From Geosiphon pyriformis uo1 (taxonomy: Eukaryota; Fungi; Glomeromycota), in NCBI GenBank assembly GCA_016748015.1, contig JAAOMT010000151.1:261463-325462 (forward strand): a DNA stretch of 64,000 nt, given 5' to 3'. The position numbers and the translations under genes are program-made. Of the stretch, positions 1 through 14,100 are shown piece by piece. Below the pieces are notes generated by a model that saw nothing but the letters and a program-made list of their open reading frames with translations, ran no database searches and had not been told where the DNA came from. Positions within the stretch are counted from its first letter, which is position 1; the number at the start of each line of letters is the position of its first letter.

Positions 1-63
1 AATTTTAGAATGTTACAAAGTTCAGAGTATTGTGTNNNNNNNNNNNNNNNNNNNNAACTATTC

Positions 64-123
64 ATAATTTCGGCGAATTTCTTATAAATTTCGGCGAATT
101 TCTGTAAATTTCGGCGAATTTTA
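64..123. repeat. Three tandem ~20-bp units (AAATTTCGGCGAATTTCT) next to a short assembly gap
   Basis: Unit seen three times; an N-run lies just upstream; bases 1-35 recur at ~117-151. Confidence 0.85.
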
Positions 124-394
124 GAATGTTACAAAGTTCAGAGTATTGTGTAATTTGATCATCCTACTTTCTGTTATATTAATTAGATTATTTTAATTGA
201 ATCGTGATATGTGATAATTGATTAAATAATAAATGATAATTTGAAATAATATTAATATACTAATTAATTATAGGAATTATAAGAGTAATTTCATGCTAAT
301 TAATAGCTAAAATTCTACTGGTAACACTGATCATAGTAATTAAACAAAGTAATAATTAATAAATAAGTAGTATAAGTTATATTTTTTTTAATTT

Positions 395-585
395 TATTGA
401 ACTTAAACAAGTTTATAAACTTCAAACTAGACTTGAACTAAACTTAGACTTGTTAAAAAAGTTTAATGCTAAACTTGAACCAAACTTATTTTAAAAATTT
501 GGTTTGGTTTAAATTTGGTTTATAATTCAAACTAAACTTGAACAACATCCAAAATTTGGTTCAGTTTAGTTCAATTAGAACTCTA
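395..585. repeat. Eroded subterminal-repeat array, possibly the end of a hAT-like DNA transposon
   Basis: Repeated TTGAAC/CAAAC/TAAAC and their inverses (CpG-decayed CGAAC), ending in ...GTTCAATTAGAACTCTA; no transposase recognised. Confidence 0.3.
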
Positions 586-619
586 TTACATATTTGTTAT
601 TTATTTTAATTACCAAATA

Positions 620-1191
620 ATTATTTATAATATCATAAGAGTTGAAATATTTCTAATAATTAAAACTTTTCTAATCAAAAATTTTGTTATTTCTACTATA
701 CAACTATTTAACAAAAGCAATACCAAAATATTTAATTAAGTAATAAATTTTAAAAAAAATAAAGTTACTAAGAATTACAAATATTAAAATATTCTTAAAA
801 AACCAAAATACTAAAAACAGAATATTATTTAGAAACAAATTATAATTACAAAAAATTCTAACCAAACTAACCAAAAAATTGTTAATTAAATTAATATAAA
901 AATAAACCAAAAAGAATAAAAAATGGCAAAAAAACCAACTTAATATCTAAAGTTCCAAAAATCTATGACCAAAAAACTGGTTCATAATATTATTAATAAT
1001 TAAAAAACTTAAGAAAAAAGCCAATTTGTATTTAATTTATATTTGTTTAAAAGTTTTCAGATTATACAAAAAAAGATGATAAATTATATCACTTAAAAAG
1101 TTTAAAGACAAATCAAACTTTAATTTCAAGTCTTTATAAATTAAAGTATTTTATTTATTATATATATTATTAAAAAAAAAGAAACTATATT
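620..1191 (-). mobile_element. Old, AT-eroded LINE ORF2 fragment (host of LINE-A, left part)
   Basis: Minus translation LIYKDLKLKFDLSLNFLSDIIYHLFLYNLKTFKQI matches post-RT ORF2 of the less eroded copies; continues at 8018-8150. Confidence 0.75.
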
Positions 1192-1366
1192 AATTATAAA
1201 AAAAAACTTCTTTTTCTCTTATGTTTTAAATTCCTGAAATAGCACATTTTTTGAAGAAGTTTTGTTTTTTATATCTGTTCTTATCTTTTATTTTTGCTCA
1301 GTTTTTACAATTTTTCATCTCACCAATCCTTTTGTTGTTCCTTTGGCATCTGATGCTGTCAACACT

Positions 1367-3193
1367 ATGTCCACAAAGAAATTGGCCAAAGATGTCATTA
1401 TAAGTTCTGTAAGTGGTAGTCTGAAGCAAAAATCAAAGATCTTACTTGGAAAAATTAAACATTCAGGTGATGAAGCTAATTTGTTTTTCAAAGTACCTGC
1501 AAGTAATCTTGGCTGATACAAGAACATGGATACCTCTTCTAATGAAAAGTTGGGGCACAAGATGGGCAAGAACTTGGGCTATAATATTGACAGTAAGAGT
1601 AATAAGCCACTAAACTCTTGTACCAACACCCCAAAGGCTAAACACTTCAACTCTAATATGGTAAAGGCTTCATCTCTAGGTCCCTGTGATTTTGGCTCTA
1701 CTATTAACAACATCGACATAGACTTATCTCCCCCTGTCCCTTTGGAATTTCTTCTTTGTTTAGTGGCTTCTGTTAAAAAGAGACTCTGCTTTGAACCAAC
1801 CAAATCTTTTGCACTCAACATTGGTCTGTTGGCTGTTTCCAGAAATACTCTATGTAACAAACTTAAGGGTGTTAGGAAGCTATTCTACAAAATTGATGGC
1901 TTTGGGGGTGCATTGACTTTATCAAAATTTTTAGGCATTATTAGGGTGTCTTTCACATCTGAATTCAATCTTGCTTTGGCTAAACAATTGGCTGTGTCTG
2001 AGAATCTTGTTGTTAACACTGATCTAAAGAAGATTAGCATATGATTGGATCGGAAAATCATTATCAAAGAGATTTCAGTTGATCTGCCCAAATCAGCAAT
2101 TGAGTCAGCTTTGGTTAAGTACAGAAAAATTTTTTCAATCAAGATACAGCTGATTGGTCTCTAACAGAAAGCACTGATGGAGTTTGAAAGTTCTCAGGTC
2201 ACTAACCTAGTTGCATCCAAATGGTCAATTTTGCTGGGTAAAAACTCGGCGCGTGTTACCAAAACCAACACCAATAAACAATTGTGGGATTTAAGGAACA
2301 GCTATTGTGCCCTTCTATATAGTTTGCCAATGGGCATGACTGCCCATGATTTCTTGAATCTGATCCAGTTATATGGTGGAAAGACTTGCTATATTTTTAG
2401 GAACTTGGTATTTTATGCATGAGCTCACTGTGCTGTTATATGTTTTAATACTGAAGATGCCAGAGAGACTGCCATTTACTCTACACTAATGTTTAAGAGT
2501 ATTAATCTTGTTTGAATTGGTTTGTCTTCTCCTAAGTGTGTTATATATAGTAATTTTGGTCACATTTCCTCTAGATATAGCAGTAGTGAGAAAAACTTTG
2601 GACAGGGTTTCAAAAAAAAAATTCTTTGTTCTGATTTGGATAAGAAGTGCTTTGTGCTCATCTATGCCAAAAAACAAGCTCTCATGTCTCATTCAGTCTC
2701 CTTTAGTGGTGTGACTTGGGCTTCTGTGGTAAGTGGCTCCCCTAAAAATTTGTATTCTACACTGCTTGTTGAGACCAATTCAAGCATAGAATTGGTCGAT
2801 AGTTTAACACCTGCAGTTACAATTCTGGCTTCACATGTTAGTGTCTTTGAGCATTCACTTGAGAATATGTTTGACCAAGTGGCTGACATTTCACATAAGC
2901 TGAACAGATTGCTGGCTGTTTTGTCAGTAAATTTTACTGTTTCACTCACTTCTGAACATAACCCAGTGCTGAACATGGCTGTTGACACTCTGTTGTTCAT
3001 TCCTCCTGTGCTTAATGTGGTCACTGTTGTCTCCCAGGACATTTTTCCAAGTGGTTCTCATGTTTTAACTATAAAAGTAAGTGGCCTGAAGGCTAACCTG
3101 ATGGTTTTAGAGAATTCAGTTAAGACAATATTAAGTAAATTGGACTTTTTTGGTTCTGGCAGTAGTGTGGTAACCTTTTTTCTTCTCCAATGA
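1367..3193 (+). pseudogene. LINE-A ORF1 (nucleic-acid-binding protein, eroded CCHC knuckle)
   Basis: Fragments 1526-2044, 2177-2422, 2522-3193 share one frame, broken by TGA/TAA; homologous to ORF1 of LINE-B and LINE-C; start codon approximate. Confidence 0.8.
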
Positions 3194-6100
3194 GTAGTTT
3201 AGCTTAGAAAATTGCTACTTATAATGTTAGAGGTATGAATATTCTTGCCAAACAAGATGATATTATTAGATGGTACACAGTTTCAAATAATGACATTTCA
3301 ATAGTTACTGAGACTAAGCTTTGCTCCAGTGTCAAGCCTTGGATTGCAAATAAGTTTCCTAGTGTGAGAGTGTTTACTTCAGGTCTGGATGCTGAATTTT
3401 TAGATGCAGACGTTATTTTAATCATGAATAAAAATTTAGCCAAACATGTTTCAAAAATCTCTGAGATTCCAGGTAGACTTTTAATGTTCCATTTGCTATT
3501 CAAAAACAAACAATCTAGTTTCTGTGTTGGGTTTATATGTAGAGGCTTCTCTGAATAAGCATTTAATTTAGGCTGGTTTTATTAATTTCTTTATAGCCAG
3601 AACTTGTAATGAGAGTACTTTTGTTGTTTTAGGTGGTGATTTCAATGAGGATAGAAACAAACATAGCTTTAGCTTTAGTAAGTGTGTGGATCTAGATCTA
3701 GTCAATATATTAATTAATAATTCTTACATTAAGGCTTCTACTTGGAGGAATTTCAAGGGTGTTGAGAGAACCATTGATTACATTTTTGTTTCACAAAGTT
3801 TAAGTAATGCTTTAGTGAATAGATGAGTTGTGAATGTGGATGAGTTTTTTAGCACTGATCATAGCTCTGTTCAAATTACAGTTGGTCTTAGTAGAATTTT
3901 GGATCCTGTCTTAAGAGCTATTTATGTTCAAGCCAATAAAGACAAGTGAAAATTTAATGTCAAAAATGCTAATAGAGTTAAATGAGAGCAGTATAGGACT
4001 GCATTTTATGATAATTTTGTCATGTTTTCTGATGAGTTTGCAGGTTTTCATCATTCATCTAATCTGAATGGCATGTGAAGTGTTGTTCGCAAAGCCATTT
4101 GTTTCTCAGCAAATGAAGTTTTCTTAAAAACCTGGTCTAAAGATTTTGATAGTGGTTTTACTAAGTGTTTTTCTTACTATTATAGATTGGAACTTTTGGT
4201 TTTTAAGTTGGTAAAGGCTTCACGTTCCGTGTTATCTAATGAGTTTGTCTTTTTGTTAGATGTTTGGGTGTCTTTGGATTCTATTAATGCTTCTGCTATC
4301 AAATCTTTTTTTCTTTTGGAATCTTATTTTGATGCTATTAGATCAGCTTTGGTGAAGATTAGAAAGTCTTATCATTCTCTCAAGATAATAGAATTGAAAT
4401 GTGTTAAAAACTCTCAAATCAGACTAGCAATAAACAAAAGGATAAAAAACTTTGAGTTAAATAAGGGCCAAACTATTAGGAGTGTACTTGAGCGGCCATT
4501 CTACAAAGTTACATTGAATCACCTGATTGTGAATAAGAACCTTATTTTGGAGTCTGGTTTGGTTAAATTTCATGTCGATAGAATTATAGAAGGCTGGACC
4601 AGAAAGCATGTAGTGGTTGATGACATTTCAAATGAATGGCTTCACCAATTTCAACCCTTGAAGTATGTCTTTGATGATGTCTTTTCAAATGTTATGTACC
4701 CAATTGAGGTGGAAGAATTTCTTGGTGTGATTTTGAATTTGCCTGATAATAAAGCTGCCAGTCTTTCTGATATTACAAATGAGCTATAGAAACATTGTGA
4801 CAGGTCCATTTTGGATTTACTTTTAGTGCTTTTGAACTCTTGTTTGATTTGTAAATCTGTTCCAAATCCTTGAAAGGAGGTCTGGATGTCTATAATTCCT
4901 AAACTCTATAACTAGAAGGGAGTTTTTACGAATACCTGATCCATAGCACTGATTGAAACTGCCCATAAAATTTTTTCCAAGATTCTCTCTGATTGGATCT
5001 CTGTGGTATGTAGTAAGTATAACATTCTTTGTGGTGACAACTTCTCAGTTCTTAAAGATACAACAACACAGTCTCCTATTTTTGCTATCAGTTTAGTGGT
5101 TGAGAATACTTTAAAAAAGAATCATGAACTTTGGCTAGTTTTGCAAGACATAAGGAAAACATATGATTTGGTTAGTTGGGAATATCTGAGAAGAAGTTTG
5201 GTTAGAATCAAAATGTGCAGTAAATTCATAAAATTTTTTGCAAATATTCACAATGGCTGCATAAATAGAATGATGACTGATTTTGGGTTGACTAATGGTT
5301 ATAGTATTTATAATGGCTTGGATCAAGAGGAAGTGTTTTCACTTTTTCTTTGGCATATTTTTTATGACACTTTGCTGTGCGAAGTAAAGAGACAAGAGAC
5401 AGTGTGTGGTTACAGGCTGAATTCACATTATGTTGCCAAAACTGGTCACATAGATCCCCAAGATAGTTTAATCTCTTTTCTTACTGTAAATGTATTTGTT
5501 GATGATACTATATGAGTTGGTTCTAGTCAGGCAGCTACACAACACATTTTCAATATTGCCAGTGAATTTTTCAGGTTAAATAATATCTTGATTAACAACA
5601 GCAAGACTGTAGTAATTCCAATTAATTGCAAGATAGTGGCTTTTTTTTTATTTGTTAGTAATGCTCCTATTTCCATCACCAAAAAGGTGGTGTTTTACTG
5701 ATATCTGGGTATTTTTCTTTCTTCCAATGGGTTGTCTAAGCCTAGCTTGGCCAAAGTGCATTCAGATGTTTGGTTTTTTGCCAATCTTGTTTTGAGGAAA
5801 GCAATTTTGGACAAACAGTTCTCTTACTTGGTTTTGGTGGTTCTTTATCCTATTGTTGGTTACAGGACCCAGTTTAGCTTTGTTTCTGCTAGTGTGTGCC
5901 AAAAGTGGGATGTTTTAATTTAGAAAAGCCTGAAATTGAAATCGGGTCTGCTCCTGGACTTTCCTAATGATGTCTTGCACCACTCTTCATTTTATGGTTT
6001 AAAGATTTTTGAGCAGGTCTAAGCCGAAAGCAAGGTTGCTGCTGTGATATGTTTCACTAACTTTATTGGGATTTTGGGCCAATTGTTCATGTATAGATTG

Positions 6101-7879
6101 CATGACTTATAGGTCTTGAGTTAGTGTCTTGTGTATTCCTTGTTTTTTCTAGTTCATATTAGTATTAATTCTTTGAACAACTTCTTGGTAGGTGTGGTTT
6201 GGGTCTTTCTCAGTTCTGGTTTATTTTTGGGCAATTTTATGTGTAATGCTTTTCACTTTTGGTATAGAACTTTTTTATCTGGTATCCTTGGTAAGTTAAT
6301 ATATTTCAGATGTCTTTCCTCTCTTCATTATTATGAAATTGCTTTTGTTAAGCAGCTTTGGTGCCAGAATGGTACTGTTTTTAACTAGAAGATTTTCAAA
6401 TGGTGAAAAAAACTTGATCTATGTGGTCCTGTTTCTGTCTGGTTTGTTACTGTCATTTGATATTTCCATAATTCTGGTTCTTTTGATGCCAGCTATTTCC
6501 CTCTAGATGTTGCTGCTGTAGAAAACATTCTTAAATCTTGTGAGTTTAGGTTAGTGTATAATCAATTGTCTGGCATTAGTGCTTCTGGCTTTTCTGTATA
6601 CACAGATGGTTCTCTTTGTAGCTTGGGGAGTATTGATATGAAAGCTGGTGCTGCTGCATTTTTTGAGGACATTAACTTAGGTCTTGAAGTGAAAGTGACT
6701 GGTATGGTGTCTTCTACATTGACAGAGCTTTAGGCCATTGCATTGGCTCTTGAGTGTGTGCCTAGTTTGAGTTCAGTCTGTCTATTCTCTGAGAGCCAAA
6801 CTGCTTTGGATGCATATAAAGCTAAATTATTGTTGTTGGTTCTGCATTTTCGAAACAAATGTTGGGTTGAATGTCAACACATTGCTGACATCATATGTAA
6901 AAGGAATTTGAATGTTGACTGGTATAAAGTTAAAAGACACTTAGGTGTTTTGAGTAATAATCAGGCTGACTTGTTTGCTGGTGTCTCTTTCCATTCAGGC
7001 TGGCTTCTTCCTTTTCAGCTCAAGGAGTGTTTTGTTTTAACTAATGGCAGTATTATTTCTAAAAACTCTAGACACTTTGTTCGTGATATTTTTCAGTCTA
7101 TCTATTGTGCAAGCTGGGAATTAGGTTCTGGTGCCAAAATTGTGAACAGTTATCTGTGTACAAATATTGATTGGTTTAAATCATCTCTTGTTTGACATTC
7201 TGACTTCCACATGACTGCTGGCTTTATAAGTCGCCACTCTGCTGGCTCTTGTTCCTATTTTATGAAAGCTTTACATTATAAACTGCCTATTGTTGTTTAC
7301 AAATGCCTCTATGATAAACATTACTCCAGTGTGGTATGCCTGTATTGTGGCAATGTTGAAGTGTTGGACCATGTTTTCTCTTGTGCATTTGATGCAACTG
7401 CTTGGCTTCAATTGTTCATTGATTTTGCTTTTGCTTGGAGAGCTATTTCTGGTCTATCCTATGCCTCCTCTCGTGTGTTACAAATGTTATCCAATTGTTT
7501 GGCTGATTTGGAACTGGTTGCTTTGCTGTGCAAAAATTTTGTGCTCATGGATTGGTACCAGAAGGCTGCTTTCTGCTTTGATGACTCTAAGACTGTGTCT
7601 GATAGAGTGGTTGAGTTTGTTCATGGTTTGTGTCTGTCTTTTAAAAATAATATTTGGCTGATCTACTCCAAGCATTGTGTTTTTATGGAGAAACACAATC
7701 TAATCTCTCATGATAGTTTGATCTCTGTTTTAGTGTTTGGTGGTGTGTTGATGCTTTTGGCCCAGGTGATTAGGTTGCTTAGTATTAATAATGCATTTGG
7801 TATTAGTTTTGGATTGTGTAGTTCCTGTCAGTTTTTCTCAGGTATAAGTAATTTGATTTCTATGTATGTAGATGTATAG
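3190..7879 (+). pseudogene. LINE-A ORF2: AP endonuclease, reverse transcriptase, RNase H, C-terminal zinc finger
   Basis: APE motifs NVRG, TETK, GGDFN, IDYIF, TDH; RT motifs PIALIE, QDIRKTYD, GLDQEE, FVDD; RNase H YTDGS..TEL..; CLYC..DHVFSC. Confidence 0.92.
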
Positions 7880-8017
7880 TGTAGTCCTGGTTGGCTTGAG
7901 TGACTAGTCATATATAAAAAAAGCATGATTTACACCTAATATAGATCATTATTTTGATGTATTGTCACTAAACAGTGTTTAGACTTCACTCGTTAAATTA
8001 ATAAAAAAAAAATAAAA

Positions 8018-8150
8018 AAACTAAATTGGGTCTTATAGCTAATAATAGAATAAAATACTACCAAAACCAAATATAAAAACTGTTTATTAGTAAAATGTTT
8101 TTTGTAATATATTTAAAACTAAATTGGTTAATTTTTTTAAATATCTATTT
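8018..8150 (-). mobile_element. Old LINE ORF2 fragment (host of LINE-A, right part)
   Basis: Minus translation KQFLYLVLVVFYSIISYKTQFS joins directly onto the 620-1191 fragment. Confidence 0.7.
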
Positions 8151-11100
8151 TTTAAATTTAGCAAATTGGTTTTTTTAATTTATTATTATATTTGTTTTAT
8201 TTTTTGGTTTTTTGATTTTTTTAAAAATTAAAATATATATTTATTATATTTGAAGCTTAAATTAATTTAAATATTAAATTTAATGTTTTTAAAAAAATTG
8301 TTAATAATTTAAAAAATAAAATAATAAATTTTAAAATAAAATAAAATATAATATAAATAATAATAAAAATATAAATAAAAACTTAAATTTTTTTGTAAAT
8401 AAAAAAAATTGCCAAAATAATAATGTTTTAAAAGATTTAAATTCTTAATATTAAATTAATATTAATAATATTACTATAAAATATTATTTATAAAAAATTT
8501 ATTAGTATTATTATTAATATATAATTAATTAATTATATAGTAAAATTAAAAAAATAACATAATATCAAAAATTTTAAGAATGTTAGAAATATTAAAAATT
8601 TTAAAAATACCAAAAAAAATGTTAAAAATACTAATAACAATTAAAAAAAATGTAAAAATAATTAAAAATACCAAAATATTTTGTATTATTAAAAAATATA
8701 TATATAATTAAATCTTTATAAAAAAACTTTTAATAGAAAAACAATCTCTTACAAAGAACATTTTTTTATAGAACTAATTAATTAATTAACAATTTTTTTA
8801 TATATAAAACAATATATAAAGAAACAAAAACAAAAAAAAAAACTTCTTTCTTTCTTTTGTTTTAAATTTTTAAAAAAGAGTCAAAAAAGTTTTTTTTGAA
8901 AGAGGTTTTTCACCATTTAGTACAATAAATCCAAACTATTTTTGCTTGATTATAAAGCCATTATTGGTCTTAATATTGCTGTTATAAAGAAAGCTATTAA
9001 AAACTCTGGCTTTAGTAATGGTTTTAAGTTTATCATGTTAAAAAAAAAGAGAAAAGATAGTGTTTTAGAAGATAATATTAGTAATGAAAAAGATTCAGCT
9101 AAGATGCAAAGTGGTTGTTTATGGAATTCAAAGACTGATAACACCACCAAGTCTAATAATGTAAATATGAAAAAAGAATGTTTGATAGAAAAAACCAGTT
9201 TTGATTATGGTAAAAGTGGTGTTATTAATGAAGAAAATCCTAATCAAATACTTAAAAGTTTGTAAATTAAAACCAAGAAAGCATTTGGCAAGCCATTGGG
9301 AAAAATTAATTTTTCAATTAGTGGTAATGATGACAAAGTTCTTTCAAATGCTCTACTAGAATTCCTCTCTTTTTTGAAAATTTTGGTTAATATTTTGGTT
9401 AAAAAGTCATTTGTTTTAGATATTGGCTTGGATAAGGTGATTGGAAAATTTTCTCAAAAGAAGCTAGTGATAATTAAGAAATTGTTTTCAAAAGTCAATG
9501 GTTTTGGAGGGGCCTCTACTTTCTCAAAATTTTCTGGGATCATTTGAATGATGTTCACTTCTGAATTGAGATTGGCTCAAGCTTTTGATATAATAAAAAT
9601 AACAAAAATCTTGGTAAACACTGATTTTAAAAAATCTGTTGAGCATTTAGATTAAACTGTGGTGATAAAAAAAATACCAGTTGGAACATTGGCTGAGACT
9701 GTGCACACTGTGCTATCTAAGTTTGAGATAATTAATTGATTAAGATGCAGTTGGTAGAACTTTGGCAAAAGACTGTGATTAAGTTTGAACAATCAGATCA
9801 TGTTGATTTGGTTGTAGCAAAGTGGTCTATCTTAATTAGGAAAGATATTATATGTGTTGCTAGATCTGATAAAGACAAAGAATTTTGAGATATAAAAGAT
9901 AATCATAGGGTGCTGCTTTATACTTTGCTTTTGAGGATCAATACACATAATATTTGGAATTATGTTAGCTTAGTGGATGAAAAGACTTGTTTTATTGATC
10001 ATTATTTAATTATTTATGCTTAGACCAAATGTGTGATTGTTTGTTTTGACTTTATAGCCTTTCTGAATGTCATTATAAAAACCACATCTGTATTACAGAA
10101 TGTCAATTTATGTTGGTCTCAATTGGGCTTTGCCAAATATGCTAAGTATAAAAAATTAAATCACATATTTTTGGGCTGTGTTTCTAATAGAAAAAATTCT
10201 TTTGGCACTCCTTCTTACAAGATGCTATCTGAAGTGGATAAAAACAGGCTGGTTTTTATTTATATCAAGTGTTTGGCTTCTATTGTTTGTCCTGTTTCTT
10301 TTGGTGGTGCTTTTTAGACAAAAATTATTGGTGGGTCTTCTTTTTTTTCTCTCTCTGTACATAATAGTTTGGCTTATTCTGGTTCTTCTTTAGAGATAAA
10401 ATCTTTTCTGCCTGTTGTCAATAAGTTGGAATTACATTTAGTGAATATTGAAAACAGTTTTATCAGTCTTGTAGAACAAATTAGTAAGTTGGCTAAGAGA
10501 TTAAAATTACTCATGCTAACAGTTTCTCAGTCTAGCCCTGAATGTTAACTGTTGATAACCCCCTTATCACAGGATCAAGTGAGCAATATAGTAATGAAAG
10601 AGAGCTTGAGTGAGACTACTGGTGGTAAGATTGCTACAATTTTGGACTTTTTTGTCTCTTTTAAGGTAAAAAAACTAGAAAACATGCTAGATGGACTTTC
10701 TGCTTTAGTGCTAAGTCTATCAGTGTGATTAAATAGTTTAGTCTTGGCTGGTAGTATATTTTTCAAATATCTTCTTTAATGACCAGTCTAATTTGAAAAA
10801 TTGACACATACAATATTAGAAATATAATAAATTTGGCTAAGCAGAAAGATATTATTCATTGGCATCTGGAATCTGGTAATATGGTTTTTATTTTTATTGA
10901 GACCAAGTTAAAACCAAATGCTGAGTCTTGGATTAAGGACAAGTTTGAAAGAGTTTGGATTTTTACTTCTGATATAGAAGAAAATTTTCTTAGTGCAGGT
11001 GTGGCTATTGTAATAAACTGTTCTCTAGCTCAATATGTTTCAAAGATTGAAAAAATTTCTGGTCATGCTATTTCTGTTTGTTTATTGTTTAAAAATAAGT

Positions 11101-14100
11101 TTTTGGTTATGTTTCTGGGTTTATATGCTGAGGTTTTAGCCAAAACACAATTTGTCCAAGCTTTAAATGTTAATTCACTGATTGTCAAAGCTGTTAATAT
11201 GAGTTTATTTGTGGTTCTTGGTGGTAATTTTAACAAAGATGAGGCTAAAAAGAGTACAAGTTTTAAAAAATGTTCAGATTTGGGACTGGTCAACTCATTG
11301 GGTGGCCATTTCTTAAGTAAATTACTTAAAGCAATTTAAGAGAGATTAAGAAAGATATTAATTATGTTTTTATAAGCAAAAATTTATTTTCAGCTATTGC
11401 TGGATGTAAAGTTGGTTCTGAATTCGAATTTTTTGATACTAATCATAATATAATTGGGGTTTTAGTTGAATTGAGAGGTTTAATGAATGTTTATCTGATC
11501 AGTATTTGAAAACAGACTAATAAAGACCATTAGAAATTTAGATTAAAGGGTGTAAATAAGGCCAAGTGGGTGCAATTTAAGAAATGTTCTTCTGCTCTGT
11601 TGTCTATATCTTTGGATTCTTTCACAGTTGCAAAGGATAATGGAGATCTGAACAAGATGTGAGAGATGTTGAAAAGTGCTATATGTGATTTAGCTAATAA
11701 GACATTTTCTAAGCATTGGTTTTGTAAATATAATTGCTTAAAAAACAAGCAATCTTCAAAATTTTTCAAGTTGGAATTATTGGTTGCTAAGTTAATAAAG
11801 TGTTTGAGTTCAGGTATAATGGCTGAGTTTGATCATCTTGTTTGAGTTTGGATAACTCTTGATAGTGTTAAGGCTTCTAAGATTGTTGTTTTACTCCAGA
11901 GTGGTTTTAAGTTAGCTAATTTGTGTGAACATTTGTTAAAAGTCAAGAAGAGTTATCAGAAATCCAAGTTTTATGAAGCTGAGCTTGTTAAGAGTAAGTT
12001 TATTAAGAATGTTATTAATAAGCAAATAAAGAGCTTTATCTTAAATAAAAGTGGTATGATCAGAAATGTCTTGAAATGTTCATTTCACAAAGTTGTTTTG
12101 GATTATTTAGTAATTAATAATGAGCTAATTTTGAAGTCTGAAGAGGTTAAGTTTAAGATAAATGAAATCATGGTGAGTTGAACTTGTAAGTGAGAAGTTT
12201 TTTCTTTTGTGCCAGATTTGTGAACTTGACAATATGTCCCTTTGGTTTATGTGGATAATAATGCTTTTTCAAGTATAATAAGTGAAATTAGTTTGGATGA
12301 GTTTTTATTAGTGGTTAGTGAGTTACCAGATGGCAAAGCAGCTGGTTTTTCTGACATAACTAATAAATTGTGGAAGCATTATGGTGATAATATATTGGCT
12401 TGTCTTCTAGATTTGCTTAATTCTTGTTTGTCAATTGGTAATATTTCTGGTTCTTGAAAGAAGACTTGGGTTTCTATGATTCTCAAGCCCTATAATTGGA
12501 ATAATATTCTAACTAATACCAGGCCTATTGCTCTATTGGAAACTGCAAGGAAGATTCTGTCCAAGATTCTGTTTGATTGGATCTCATCTATTTATAGCAA
12601 GTCTGATATTTTCTATGGTGATAACTTCTCTGTCTTAAGAGGCACTTCAACTTAGTCTCTTGTGTTTGCTGTTAACTCAGTGGTAGAAAATACCTTAAAA
12701 AAGAGTCAAAAAATCTGGCTGGTTTTGCAAAACATGTGCAAAATATATGATTTAGTTAGGTGGCATTATTTGAGATCCAGTCTGGAATACATCAAGATAT
12801 GTGGCAAGTTTATAAATTTTTTTGGAAATATTTATAAAAACAGAATTAATAAGATAATAATAGATTTTGGTGTTTCAGACAACTATGTAATTCATAACAG
12901 ATTGGATCAAGGTGAGATATTTTTTTCTCTTCTTTGAAGAATTTTTTATGATCCTTTGTTGTGTAAAGTTAAAAAGCAAAAACAACTGTATGGTTATAAG
13001 ATCAACTCCAAATTTGTGACGAAAATTGGTAATATTAAGAATTATGATGGTGAGTCTTCCTTCTTTGCAGCTGACACTTTTGTTGATAATATAATATAGG
13101 TAGGCAATAATCAAGCTTTAATACAATACATTTTGAACATTGCTAGTGAATTTTATAAGCTTAATAATATTTTGATTAACAATAACAAGACAGTCATGAT
13201 TCTTATTAACCAGAAAGTTGTGGATACTACTTTGTGTATTAGTGATTAACTTATTTCCATGGCAAAAAAAAGAGAAATTCATAGATATTTGAATATTTTT
13301 TTGTCTATAAAGAGTCTATTCAAACCAAGTCTTGCTAAGACTCATGCAGATATTAGATTTTTTTCAAATATAGTTCTTAGGAAGGGAGTGTTATATAAGC
13401 AGTTCTTTTATTTAGTTTTGACAGTTTTTTAGTCTATTATCAGTTATTGTGCACAGTTCAGTTTTATTGCCAAGAATGTGTGTTAAAAGTGAAATGTTTT
13501 GATAAAAAAAGGGCTTAAGTCTAAAGTCTTATTGCTGAGAAATTTCTTCAATAAAGCCTTGTATTATCCATTTTTTTATAATTTGAAACTCTTTAAACAG
13601 ATGCAAACTGAAGCTAAGATTGCATCAGTTATTAAATTTTCCAATATCTCTGAGATTCTTGGCTATTTGTTTGTACATTATGCTTTGGACTTGCAAGTTT
13701 TAGAGTGGACACTATTGAATTCTTTGTATTGTTTAGTCAAATTAAAAGTCAATCTATTGAACAATTTCCTGGCAGAAATTGTGAGAATTTTTTTGAATGT
13801 AAATATGTCTCTGGCCAATGACATACTTTGTGCATTTTATGATCCTGGTTATTTTCCAATGTCTGAGATCTTAGAAACTACTTACTATTTTGATGTGATA
13901 CATTCTTTAAAGTATTTTAGTATTGTCTTTGATGATTGTCTGGTTATGAAACATGGCCTTATCATAGATTGGAGAACTTTCCAGTGTTGAAAAAATTAAG
14001 CCCTAAGAGTCTGGTGCTGGCTTGGTTTAGTAAAACTTTGATGTATATAAACAATTGTTTAGTAGAATTTGGTGGCCATTTTGTTATTTCAGCCAGTTCT

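Larger units (their letters stand above)
1192..8017 (+). mobile_element. LINE-A: full-length degenerate non-LTR retrotransposon (APE-RT-RNaseH-CCHC)
   Basis: Family 5' motif A(n)CTTCTTT..AAATTCCTGAAA, ORF1+ORF2 remnants, 3'UTR ending CACTCGTTAA + poly(A), probable TSD AAACTA(T/A)ATT (1182-1191 / 8018-8027). Confidence 0.92.

Noticed and set aside
1-151. 35-bp duplication either side of the N-run and a 3x20-bp array resembling a mini-CRISPR
   Set aside because: No spacers, no cas genes, eukaryotic context; the duplication across a gap is likely an assembly overlap artefact
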